Part shown: positions 15,764-24,954 of the stretch, piece after piece
How the letters are laid out: every line of letters starts with the position of its first letter
How positions within the stretch are numbered: position 1 is the first letter of the stretch
Sequence record: SRR20825006_314
Direction: 5' to 3' (one strand)
Length of the DNA: 43,270 nucleotides
The notes under the pieces: model-generated
Databases searched by the model: none
Seen by the model: the letters and a program-made list of their open reading frames with translations, nothing else
Told to the model about the DNA's origin: nothing
Position numbers and translations under genes: made by a program

Positions 15764-17056
15764 TTACTCCGCTGCTGAGCGTTGGTTCTTGTCGACAAGG
15801 GTGCAATCAAATGCTGTCTCGATGATGTCGAGGCCCTTGGCGAAGGTTTCTTTTTCAATGGTCAATGGCGCGAGAATTTTCACGATCTCATCGTCACTGC
15901 CTGAAGTTTCCACGATCACGCCATTTTCAAATGCGTGCTCGCAAATGTCCGCAGCAGCTTCGCCGCTGCCGCAATCGATGCCTTTCATCATGCCGCGGCC
16001 TTTAAGGCTGAAGCCGTATTTATCGGCGATGGACTGAAGGCGTTGCTCCAAAAACTCAGACTTCTCTTTAATTTCCGCTTGGAAAGTGTCGTCTGACCAG
16101 AATTTCTCGATCGCCACTTTTGCTGTGATGAACGCATGGTTGTTGCCACGGAATGTGCCGTTGTGCTCACCCGGCTTCCAGATGTCCAATTCAGGTTTAA
16201 AAAGGGTCACTGCAAATGGCAGGCCCATGCCTGAAAGTGACTTGGCCATGGTGATGATGTCCGGCTCAATGTCCATTTCTTCGAATGAGAAGAAGGTGCC
16301 AGTGCGGCCGCAACCCGCTTGAATGTCATCAACGATGAACAGCGCGCCATGCTTTTTGGCGATGGCTTGCATTTTCTGCATCCATTCTTTTGAGGCAACG
16401 TTCAAGCCGCCTTCGCCTTGCACAGCTTCCACCAAAATGGCTGCCGGGGCATCAATGCCAGCTGAGCTGTCGCTCAACAAAATGTCGAGCTGTTCTGCTG
16501 TATCTACATTGTCGCCAAAGTAGCCATCAAATGGCGCGCGGTGCACGCCAGACAGTTCGGTGCCTGCGCCGCCACGTTTACCAGCGTTGCCCGTTGTGGC
16601 CAATGCGCCCAAGGTCATGCCGTGGAAGCCATTGGTGAATGAGATCACATTGGTGCGGCCGGTCACTTTGCGCGCAAGCTTCAACGCAGCTTCAACTGCG
16701 TTTGCACCTGTCGGGCCAGTGAACATGGTGCGATAGTCCATGTTGCGTGGGGCCAAAATGCGGCTATGAAATGTTTCCAGAAAATCGCGCTTTGCATTGG
16801 TGTGCATGTCCAAGCCATGCGCAATGCCGTCGCGGCTGATGAAATCGATCAGCGCTTGCTTCATGTCTGGGTCGTTATGCCCATAGTTTAGCGAGGCGCA
16901 ACCGGCCAAAAAGTCGATATATTCTTTGTCGTCAGCGCCATAAATAGTGGCGTTGACCGCGCGATCAAACATCTTTGGAAAGGCACGGCAATAGCTGCGC
17001 ACGGCACTTTCGCGACGTTCAAATACGAGAAGGTCTTTTTGTTCACTATTGGTCAT
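15764..17056 (-). CDS. ectB: Diaminobutyrate-2-oxoglutarate transaminase
   Basis: ESAVRSYCR, LNYGHN, DDIQAGCGRTG, AKSLSG and HNGTFRGNN motifs. Confidence 0.97.
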   Translation of the reverse strand: MTNSEQKDLLVFERRESAVRSYCRAFPKMFDRAVNATIYGADDKEYIDFLAGCASLNYGHNDPDMKQALIDFISRDGIAHGLDMHTNAKRDFLETFHSRILAPRNMDYRTMFTGPTGANAVEAALKLARKVTGRTNVISFTNGFHGMTLGALATTGNAGKRGGAGTELSGVHRAPFDGYFGDNVDTAEQLDILLSDSSAGIDAPAAILVEAVQGEGGLNVASKEWMQKMQAIAKKHGALFIVDDIQAGCGRTGTFFSFEEMDIEPDIITMAKSLSGMGLPFAVTLFKPELDIWKPGEHNGTFRGNNHAFITAKVAIEKFWSDDTFQAEIKEKSEFLEQRLQSIADKYGFSLKGRGMMKGIDCGSGEAAADICEHAFENGVIVETSGSDDEIVKILAPLTIEKETFAKGLDIIETAFDCTLVDKNQRSAAE

Positions 17057-17089
17057 TGTGTGTCCTTGAAATTTTGATGATTGTCGGCG

Positions 17090-17623
17090 CTACGCTACTG
17101 AACGCAACACAGGGTGATTTTGTTTCACGGGCGCAATTGAAACCAAGTGCTCTGTGTCGCCTTGGCCGTCTAAATGCTTCTCTTCGTCAAACATCACTTT
17201 TTTGTCTAAGTCCGCGCCGAAAGCGTCAGCGATGGCACCAAACAGGGCCCAGCTTGCTTCATTGTCTTTGGTGATGGTGCTTTCGATTTTGCGCACGTCT
17301 TCACACACATCCCGTTTGAGGATGGTGTGGATCAATTGCTTCGCGATGCCCAAACCGCGGGCTTCTTCAGCAACACAAACTTGCCAAACAAATAGAGTGT
17401 CGGGCTTTTGTGGTGGAATGTAAGCGGAAATCCAGCCCACTGGTTTGCCGTCCAGCTCTGCGATCACGCAGGTATCTGCAAAGTGCGTGCATTGCAGCAA
17501 ATTGCAGTAGATTGAGTTTTCGTCCAGCTTCCCAGAGTTCTTTACGATGTCCCAAACGACGGACCCATCATTTGCAGTTGGTTTGCGGAATGTGGGGCGT
17601 GCTTTGGTGCTATTTGTTTTCAT
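17090..17623 (-). CDS. ectA: Diaminobutyrate acetyltransferase
   Basis: LDENSIYCNLLQCTHFADT, LFVWQV and N.ASWALF motifs. Confidence 0.96.
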   Translation of the reverse strand: MKTNSTKARPTFRKPTANDGSVVWDIVKNSGKLDENSIYCNLLQCTHFADTCVIAELDGKPVGWISAYIPPQKPDTLFVWQVCVAEEARGLGIAKQLIHTILKRDVCEDVRKIESTITKDNEASWALFGAIADAFGADLDKKVMFDEEKHLDGQGDTEHLVSIAPVKQNHPVLRSVA

Positions 17624-17665
17624 TTTTCAACAATCCATGTGTTGTGAAAATTCAAATTCGCTTTT

Positions 17666-17693
17666 TATTTAGCTTCAACTAACTAAATGTCAA
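17666..17693 (-). promoter_or_regulatory. Putative sigma70 promoter of ectA overlapped by an inverted repeat (candidate EctR operator)
   Basis: Minus-strand TTGACA at 17693-17688. ATTTAG-N10-CTAAAT inverted repeat at 17667-17688 spans the spacer. Confidence 0.45.
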
Positions 17694-17906
17694 CTCTTAA
17701 CGGGTCGAAAAGTTTCGTGGAAAATGCTGAAATCGTGCGTTTTTGGGGATTTATGTCAAAAATATGAGACTGAAACCCTTTGATCGTATTAAAGAAAATA
17801 GAATGTCAACCGACATATAATTTGTTTTTACAAACTTATTTTATGTCTTGGTCGATGGTAAAGATTGGGCTAAACTTTCTCGTCTGAATATGGTGATGAG
17901 GGCGGT

Positions 17907-18404
17907 GTGGAAGAGAAAACAAAATCGGTTTTGAGTTCAATTCGGCGAATCTTGCGGGCTGCGGATACAAACTCAAAAGCTTTGATGCGTGCGTCTGGTA
18001 TCACGCCTTCGCAGTTGGTTTTGTTGCGTCTTTTGGATGAAGGCGGCGAACGCAGCGCGGGCCAAATCGCGCAGTCCATGGGTATTACCCAGGCTACCAC
18101 CACGGGTTTGGTGCATAAGCTTGAGGCGCGGGGCCTGATTGAGCGTAAGCGCGGAGAAACCGACAAGCGCCAGGTCTGGTTGTCGCTGACAGAAGCGGGG
18201 CATGCCGCTTTGAGCCAATCGCCAGATGGTATTCATGAGCAGTTTGAACAAGAGTTTGAAGAGCTTTCTGATTGGGAGCAATCCATGTTGCTTGCTTCGC
18301 TGGAGCGCATTGCGGCCATGTTGGATGGCGGGCAGGAAGATGTTGCACCAATCTTTGATGCGGCAGAGCTGACACCATTTTCCAAAGCAGAACCAAAAAT
18401 TTAA
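17907..18404 (+). CDS. ectR: MarR-family regulator divergent from ectA (EctR)
   Basis: IRRILRA...GITPSQL...LEARGLIER...DKRQVWL...WEQSMLLASLERIAAML. Position divergent from ectA. Confidence 0.85.
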   Translation: MEEKTKSVLSSIRRILRAADTNSKALMRASGITPSQLVLLRLLDEGGERSAGQIAQSMGITQATTTGLVHKLEARGLIERKRGETDKRQVWLSLTEAGHAALSQSPDGIHEQFEQEFEELSDWEQSMLLASLERIAAMLDGGQEDVAPIFDAAELTPFSKAEPKI

Positions 18405-18531
18405 CGGCTCGCTTGGACGTCAATCGAAATCAGCATTATCACCAAGCTACACGCATGCTCGCATGCGGTGAGGGGCATTTTCTACGTGCGCGGACAAATT
18501 GCGGATAGGCCGTGATCAGGCGCGTTTTGGC

Positions 18532-18573
18532 TTGCATCACACTGCTCTAAGCGCTAGTACAAACGTGTATACA
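18532..18573 (+). promoter_or_regulatory. Putative sigma70 promoter of gntR with TGTATACA palindrome at about +1
   Basis: TTGCAT-N17-TAGTAC, followed by TGTATACA at 18566-18573. Confidence 0.5.
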
Positions 18574-18613
18574 ATATGTATTACCGCTGATTTTTGCGAT
18601 TGAGAGGCCGCCA

Positions 18614-19252
18614 ATGGCAACCTTAGCTGACGAGACTTACGACCGTATCCGTAACATGATTTTAGCGGGCGAGTTGAAAGCGGGATTGGCCATTCAGGAA
18701 AATGGATTGGCGAAGAAGCTCAACGTGTCTCGAACGCCGGTGCGCGAAGCGATTGGTCGCCTGATTACTGAAGGTCTGATCACGCGATATGCGGGGCAAA
18801 CGCCGACGGTGCAAACCGTTTCACTTACCGATTATATTGAAATTTTGCACATGCGCCGCCTTTTAGAGGGTGAAGCTGCGGCTTTGGCTGCTAAATCTGC
18901 TGATAAGTCACGGTTGGAGCCAATCGCAGCACGCAATCAACAAATGATTGAGGCGGGGGAGCTGGGCACTGATGAATATGTTGCCCTTGATGAGGAGTTG
19001 CATCTCACCATCGCAGAGCTTTCTGGCAGCCGATTGCTTGCGCAAAATATCAAGGATTTGCGCCTTAAAACCAGAATTTTTGATCTGGGTGGCGTGACCA
19101 AGCGGTTGGTGCCGAGCGGGCAGGAACATGTGGACATTCTAGATGCCATTCAAAATGGTGACAGTGAGATGGCTCGACAGAAAATGGCCGCCCATATTGA
19201 GCAAGTGCGGCGGTCAATTTTGGAGGAACTGGGCAACCTGTTCGACAATTGA
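18614..19252 (+). CDS. GntR family (FCD) transcriptional regulator
   Basis: wHTH LNVSRTPVREAI. FCD histidines DEELH, EH..I and M.AHI. Confidence 0.93.
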   Translation: MATLADETYDRIRNMILAGELKAGLAIQENGLAKKLNVSRTPVREAIGRLITEGLITRYAGQTPTVQTVSLTDYIEILHMRRLLEGEAAALAAKSADKSRLEPIAARNQQMIEAGELGTDEYVALDEELHLTIAELSGSRLLAQNIKDLRLKTRIFDLGGVTKRLVPSGQEHVDILDAIQNGDSEMARQKMAAHIEQVRRSILEELGNLFDN

Positions 19253-20433
19253 TGAGCCAGTCCGCTTCTCTTAAGATTGGGCGTACATTTTTGCATACGC
19301 CAGGCCCCACTTACATTCCCCAATCTGTGCGCAACGCCATGCAGCGCCAGTCATATGATTTGGCGGACCAAACTTTCTTCGATATTTGCAATCGCTGCGT
19401 TGAGGCGTTGAAGCCCATTTTTGGCACCCGGCACAATGTGTTTATTTACGCCGCAAATGGCCATGGCGCGTGGGATGCGGTGGCGCAAAATCTCTTCACT
19501 GAGGGTGATCAGGTGTTGCTGGTCAATAATGGTGGCTTTTCCTATTGGTGGAGCGAGCATCTCAGCACCCTTGGGGTGAAGGTGCACTCGGTTGGCCAAG
19601 GCACGCACGCTGCTGCGGGCATTGATGCCATTCAACGCGCCTTGGCTGATGATAAATCGAAGAAGATTAAAGCTGTTTTGGTTGCGCAGATCGATACTGC
19701 ATCTTCCATCAAGGCTGATGTGCCTGCCATCCGCAGCGTTATGGATACGTTAGATCATAACGCCTTGTTGCTGGCTGACGTGGTTGCGTCGCTCGGCACT
19801 ATGCCCTTTGAAATGGATGCATGGGGTGTTGATGTAGCATTTTCTGCATCGCAAAAAGCGATGATGGGGCCTGCGGGTTTGGCGATGGTGGCGGTGAGCC
19901 AAAAGGCGATGGATGTCGCTGCCGCAAATCCTGTTAAATCTGTCTATTGGAACTGGGCTATGCGTCATGGCGCTGATAATTACACGCAATTTGGCGGCAC
20001 TGCACCTCAGCATGGTATTTTCGGGTTGGAAGCCGCTTTGGATCGGCTCAATCAGGAAGGGTTGGCGGCTGCGCAACAGCGGCATGATCGGCTGGCCGCA
20101 GCGGTGCATGCGGCTGTTGCCTGTTGGGCTGCGCCGGGCGCGATGGCCTTCAACGTGAATGCGCCACAGGATCGTGCCAATTCGGTGACCACCATATTGA
20201 CGCCGGAAGGGTTCGCCTCGGAAAAGTTGCGCAATTATGCGCGGTCAGATTTGAATTTGGTTTTGGCTGGGGGCTTAGGGCCGTTGTCCAACAAAGCCAT
20301 TCGCATTGGCCATATGGGCGATTTGAACGAGGCGATGATTTTAGGTTGCCTGGCGGCCACAGAGGTCGCCATGCGCAAATTTGATCTGCCCTTTGAGAGC
20401 GGGCTTGATGCCGCTGTCAAAGCGCTCGCCTAG
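19252..20433 (+). CDS. Class V PLP aminotransferase (serine/alanine-glyoxylate type)
   Basis: GRTFLHTPGPT, D.VASLG, SASQKAMMGPAG (PLP lysine) and IRIGHMG. Start is ATG 19252 or TTG 19249. Confidence 0.9.
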   Translation: MSQSASLKIGRTFLHTPGPTYIPQSVRNAMQRQSYDLADQTFFDICNRCVEALKPIFGTRHNVFIYAANGHGAWDAVAQNLFTEGDQVLLVNNGGFSYWWSEHLSTLGVKVHSVGQGTHAAAGIDAIQRALADDKSKKIKAVLVAQIDTASSIKADVPAIRSVMDTLDHNALLLADVVASLGTMPFEMDAWGVDVAFSASQKAMMGPAGLAMVAVSQKAMDVAAANPVKSVYWNWAMRHGADNYTQFGGTAPQHGIFGLEAALDRLNQEGLAAAQQRHDRLAAAVHAAVACWAAPGAMAFNVNAPQDRANSVTTILTPEGFASEKLRNYARSDLNLVLAGGLGPLSNKAIRIGHMGDLNEAMILGCLAATEVAMRKFDLPFESGLDAAVKALA

Positions 20434-22052
20434 GCGTTGCGGTCAAAGGCAATCTCGCCGCCAACAATGGTCATATCCACATGCGACTGGCGAATGGTTT
20501 CCGCATCGCATTGGCTGATGTCACGATCAATCACGGCAATATCTGCCAATTGACCGGGCAACAACCTCCCTTTGATGTTTTCTTCATGCGCCGCATAGGC
20601 CCCATTAAAAGTCATGGCTTCAATGGCACGATCCAAATCGATGGTTTGGTCTGCGCCATAGATTTTGCCGCTTGGCCCTTTGCGCGTCATCATGGCGGCG
20701 ATGTTGGGCAAAGTGTCTGGCGGACACACAGGCGTGTCCGTGCTGGCGCCGGGATACATGCCGCGCTCCACCCATGTGCGCATGGGGTAGGATTTTGAGG
20801 TGAGCTCTTCGCCCACCGCGTCAGCATAAAGATCACTGAAATGGTTGAAGAAGCAGGGTTGCGGGATCGGCAGAATATTGGCTTTCTGCATCCGTTGAAG
20901 CTGATTTTCGGTGACGAACCCGCAATGCTCCAGCCGATGGCGGCGGGCACGGATTTCGTCATTGGTAATGGCGCGTTCATAGGCGGTCAGCACTTGCTCA
21001 ATCGCCGCGTCGCCAATGGTGTGGGTCGCGATCTGATAGCCACGAGCCACATAATCAGCCACCATGTCGTTCATTTCTTTGTCGGCATAAATGAACAGGC
21101 CCTTATTGTCGCCATCGTTCAGATATGGCGTGGTCATCGCGGCGGTGTGGCCGCCTGTTGAACCATCGGCAAAGAGTTTGGCGGGGCCAATGCGCAACAT
21201 ATCATCGCCCGTGCCTGTGATCAGGCCGAGAGGGCTGCATTGCTCCATAATGCCGGAAGGGCCAGCCAAAATGGTGAGATAAGAGCGGACATGAAGGCGC
21301 TTGTCGCGGCGGGCCATTTGAAAGCCGGCCATATCCGTCATGCCTTCATTCATGCCCACGCCCGCATCCATGATGGACGCGACGCCGAAGCTCAGCATGT
21401 GCTTTGCTGCGTCTTCAATGGCGGTTACCACTTCATCAAGCGTTAGGGGCGGGATTTGGTCCATCACCAAACGCTGAGCCGTTTCCTGCAATTGTCCGGT
21501 CAGGTCGCCATTTTTCTTTTCAATATGTCCGCCTTCTGGATCAGGCGTGTTGGCATCAATGCCCGCTGCGCGGAAGGCAAGGCTGTTGCCTACGCCCACA
21601 TGGCCGCAGCGGCGCTTTAGATAAACCGGATTATTCGGCGCGACACTGTCCAGCTCGGCGATGGTGGGGTGGCGCTTTTCAGCAAATTCAAAATGATCAT
21701 AGCGCCCGCCATAAATCCACTCGCCTTGATTGGCAGAGTCTGCACGTTTTTTAATCTCGGCCAGCGCTTCGGGAATGGATTTCACCTTTTGCGGGCTGAG
21801 ATTAACTTCGCCCAGCGACCGCCCGAGCGAGATCATATGCAAGTGGCAATCATTAAAGGCAGGCACAGCCATGCGGCCTTCAAGGTCGATCAGTTTTGTG
21901 TCCGGCCCTTTCAGCGGGGCCAGTTCCTCAGCGCTGCCTGTGGCCAGCACTTTGCCATCTTTAATGGCCACCGCTTGGGCATAGGCTTGACCATAGGCCA
22001 CATAAACAGGCCCATTGGTGAGCAACATATCTGCGTAAAGTGAGAACCCCAT
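20430..22052 (-). CDS. Amidohydrolase_3 / YtcJ-like metal-dependent hydrolase
   Basis: NDCHLH, KLFADGS, HTIGD, RLEH and STD motifs. Confidence 0.9.
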   Translation of the reverse strand: MGFSLYADMLLTNGPVYVAYGQAYAQAVAIKDGKVLATGSAEELAPLKGPDTKLIDLEGRMAVPAFNDCHLHMISLGRSLGEVNLSPQKVKSIPEALAEIKKRADSANQGEWIYGGRYDHFEFAEKRHPTIAELDSVAPNNPVYLKRRCGHVGVGNSLAFRAAGIDANTPDPEGGHIEKKNGDLTGQLQETAQRLVMDQIPPLTLDEVVTAIEDAAKHMLSFGVASIMDAGVGMNEGMTDMAGFQMARRDKRLHVRSYLTILAGPSGIMEQCSPLGLITGTGDDMLRIGPAKLFADGSTGGHTAAMTTPYLNDGDNKGLFIYADKEMNDMVADYVARGYQIATHTIGDAAIEQVLTAYERAITNDEIRARRHRLEHCGFVTENQLQRMQKANILPIPQPCFFNHFSDLYADAVGEELTSKSYPMRTWVERGMYPGASTDTPVCPPDTLPNIAAMMTRKGPSGKIYGADQTIDLDRAIEAMTFNGAYAAHEENIKGRLLPGQLADIAVIDRDISQCDAETIRQSHVDMTIVGGEIAFDRNA

Positions 22053-22062
22053 CTAACTTGCC

Positions 22063-23496
22063 TTATTTTTGAGGAAACACCATGGGCGACATCTCTTCGA
22101 TTTGTCGGCCCGCCCAATCGCGTTCTGAAACAGTGGCCACTGTTTCGCGCTGGAATTCTTCGAGTTGGTCTAAGGCGCTATCCATGTCCACATAGATGGC
22201 CTTGCCATCACGTACCACCTGTTGCCCGTCCACATAGACATCTTTCACCGCACGTTCTGCGGCTGTGTAAATCAAGCTGCGCAAGGGTTCGCGGCAGGGG
22301 CGCATTAAAGGGTGTTTGGTGTCGACGATTGAGAAGTCTGCCTTCATGCCCACCGCCAATTTGCCAATATCATCGCGCCCAATCGCCTCCGCGCCCCACA
22401 CCGTGGCGGCGTTGAAGGCTTGATCGGTTGATCCGGCCAGATAGTTGCGGGTGTTGACCCGCGACATCAGGCAGGCATGGCGCATTTCTTCAATCTGATT
22501 GTGCGGGAAGGAGTCTGTACCAATTCCCACGCGAATGCCCGCCTTGGCATATCGATCAAGCGTGTTGAGGGCGATGCCGCGACGCGAGAAAATGGTGGGG
22601 CAGTGAGCCACTTGGGCACCAGACTCTGCCAATGTTTCAAAGTCGTTTGCCGCAGGCCAATGCAGCATCGGGTGGTCATTGAGGAAAATGCCATGGCCGA
22701 TAATTGTGTCTGGCCCCAGTGCGTCCAAATGGGCCAGATATTCAATCGGCGTATAGCCAAAGCGCCGCATGATCACTTCAAATTCAATCACGCTTTGCGC
22801 CGCGTGAATTTGCATGCGCATGTTGCGCTTCTTGGCTTCGGCCAAGCTGTCTTTGATCAACCCTTCGGTGCAGGTGTCTAATTGCGATGGCCCCAACATA
22901 CCGTCCATGCGGCCAGAGGGGTGGTTGCGGGCATCATCAACGGTTTTAAGGGCCTGTTCAAAGGCTGCTTCGCCTGCTTTTTCGTCCCATTCATATTCAA
23001 CGGAGTGGCCATCCTTGGTGAACCAGCGGGCGGAACGGTACATGGGGCACAACACGCCGCGAATGCCTGTTTCGGCGACTTCGTTGGCCCAGTTCTCGCG
23101 GCTGCCAGACATATCGACAATGGTGGTGACGCCGCTTTGCAGCATTTCGCCCATGGCGACTTTGGTGGCCACTGGCGCTGCTTCTTGCGGCACGCGAAAC
23201 ACGGGCATAAATTCATAAAGCGAGCTTTGGCCGAGGCGTTTTGACCCCAATTCTTCCAGCAAACCTTTATTGCCGGGTTCGGAGGTGGGGTGCGAGTGGA
23301 TGTCCACCAGCCCCGGCATAATCATTTTGCCACGGCCATCAATTTCCTGATCCGCTTCGCCGTCCCAAGTGCCGCCGATCTGGACAAATTTATTGTCTTT
23401 AAACACAACATCTTGGTTGGTGAGATAGGTGTGTGATTTGAGCTGATCGTCCCACGCGATGATCCAATCAGCATTGCGAATAAGTGTGGTGCTCAT
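22063..23496 (-). CDS. Amidohydrolase (MtaD/AtzA/TrzA-like subgroup), paralog 2
   Basis: PGLVDIHSH, QIHAAQS, IIGHGI, AHCP and GIGTD motifs. Confidence 0.88.
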   Translation of the reverse strand: MSTTLIRNADWIIAWDDQLKSHTYLTNQDVVFKDNKFVQIGGTWDGEADQEIDGRGKMIMPGLVDIHSHPTSEPGNKGLLEELGSKRLGQSSLYEFMPVFRVPQEAAPVATKVAMGEMLQSGVTTIVDMSGSRENWANEVAETGIRGVLCPMYRSARWFTKDGHSVEYEWDEKAGEAAFEQALKTVDDARNHPSGRMDGMLGPSQLDTCTEGLIKDSLAEAKKRNMRMQIHAAQSVIEFEVIMRRFGYTPIEYLAHLDALGPDTIIGHGIFLNDHPMLHWPAANDFETLAESGAQVAHCPTIFSRRGIALNTLDRYAKAGIRVGIGTDSFPHNQIEEMRHACLMSRVNTRNYLAGSTDQAFNAATVWGAEAIGRDDIGKLAVGMKADFSIVDTKHPLMRPCREPLRSLIYTAAERAVKDVYVDGQQVVRDGKAIYVDMDSALDQLEEFQRETVATVSERDWAGRQIEEMSPMVFPQK

Positions 23497-24954
23497 CTAT
23501 CTGCTTTCAAATGTTAGCGGGGCCAGCTCGTCCATGCTGCGATGCTGCGGGTCATTTTGCGGCGCTTTTGCCACGGCTTTGTTTTGCGCATCGGTCAAAA
23601 TCTCGGCATTGGCCTGATGGTCGATATGGCAATGTTCGCCATCGCGCACCGCAAAATCACCATCCACAATTACATGTGAGATGGCCCGGTCTGCCGCATT
23701 GTGCAGGAAGGAGCGGATGGGATCATATACAGGCAACATGCTGGGGTGATTGGTGTTCACCAGCACCATGTCGGCCTTGGCGCCGACTTTCAGCCTTCCA
23801 ATGTCGTCGCGTTGCAATGCCTTTGCGCCGCCGATGGTGGCAGCGTTGAAAATGTCAGCAGAGGACACGTCAAAAACCGACTTGGCCGAAATTCGGGCCG
23901 CCAGCATGCCGATGCGCATTTCTTCTGCATAATTGTTGGGGTAGGTGTCCGTGCCAATGCCCAGATTTACACCAGCGCGCTGATAGCGGCCAATGGTTTG
24001 CAGCGTCATGCCCGAACGGGCGAAGGCCACCGGGCAATGAGCGACGGAAGTGCCGGTTTCAGCCAAAAGGGCGAGATCATTTTCCGTGCGCTGCCGTGTC
24101 CAGCTGTGATGGTCCAAAAAGATGCAATGGCCCAATACCAAATTTGGACCCAGCACGCCCAAGCTGTTCAGATATTGCGGTGCGGTCATACCATGTCGCC
24201 GCAGCAATTCTTCATGCTCGGCCATGGTTTGGGCCGCATGAATGGTCAGTGGTACGCCCATGGATTTGGCTGCTTCTGCTCCGTCGGCCAGCAATTTTTC
24301 GCTGCAGGTTTCAATTTGTGAGGGGGCAAGCGCGCCACGAATGCGGTCTGATGGGTGATCTTCGGCTTCTTTCACGCAGGCTTTCGCGCGTTCAAAGGCA
24401 TCTCGGCCTTTGGCTTCATCCCAGACAAAATCGAGCCGATGGCTATTGTGCACATGCCAGGAGGCCTCGCGGAATCCGGGGGCGACATAGCCGCGAATGC
24501 CGGACTTATACATGGTGTCGATCCAGCGATCATGCGGGCGGGTGAGGTCCATCAAAGTGGTCACGCCACTTTTCATCAGGTCCGCCAGCATCACGTTCAA
24601 CCCAGCCTCAAGCGCCTCTGGATTATCATCAAAATCCAAAACCCCGGAATATTCATAAAGAGCTTGGCCATATAGGGCAGGGGTGCCGATATCATCGAAC
24701 ACGCCTTTGGCCATTGGCTCATCGCCCGAATGGGCATGAATGTCCACAAAGCCCGGCATCACCATGAAGTTGCGGCCATCTATTTCGCTATCCGCATGGC
24801 CATCATAGCTTTTGCCGATAAAGCAGATTTCATTGCCTTTGTAGGCCAAGTCGCCATCGCGCAGATAATAGTGTTTTTGGGCGGCTTCGTCCCACGCAAC
24901 AAGCCAGTCGATATCTCTAATGACGCTTATTTTATTGTTGTTTTTATCAGTCAT
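23497..24954 (-). CDS. Amidohydrolase (MtaD/AtzA/TrzA-like subgroup), paralog 1
   Basis: PGFVDIHAH, TIHAAQT, VLGHCI, AHCP and GIGTD motifs. Confidence 0.88.
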   Translation of the reverse strand: MTDKNNNKISVIRDIDWLVAWDEAAQKHYYLRDGDLAYKGNEICFIGKSYDGHADSEIDGRNFMVMPGFVDIHAHSGDEPMAKGVFDDIGTPALYGQALYEYSGVLDFDDNPEALEAGLNVMLADLMKSGVTTLMDLTRPHDRWIDTMYKSGIRGYVAPGFREASWHVHNSHRLDFVWDEAKGRDAFERAKACVKEAEDHPSDRIRGALAPSQIETCSEKLLADGAEAAKSMGVPLTIHAAQTMAEHEELLRRHGMTAPQYLNSLGVLGPNLVLGHCIFLDHHSWTRQRTENDLALLAETGTSVAHCPVAFARSGMTLQTIGRYQRAGVNLGIGTDTYPNNYAEEMRIGMLAARISAKSVFDVSSADIFNAATIGGAKALQRDDIGRLKVGAKADMVLVNTNHPSMLPVYDPIRSFLHNAADRAISHVIVDGDFAVRDGEHCHIDHQANAEILTDAQNKAVAKAPQNDPQHRSMDELAPLTFESR

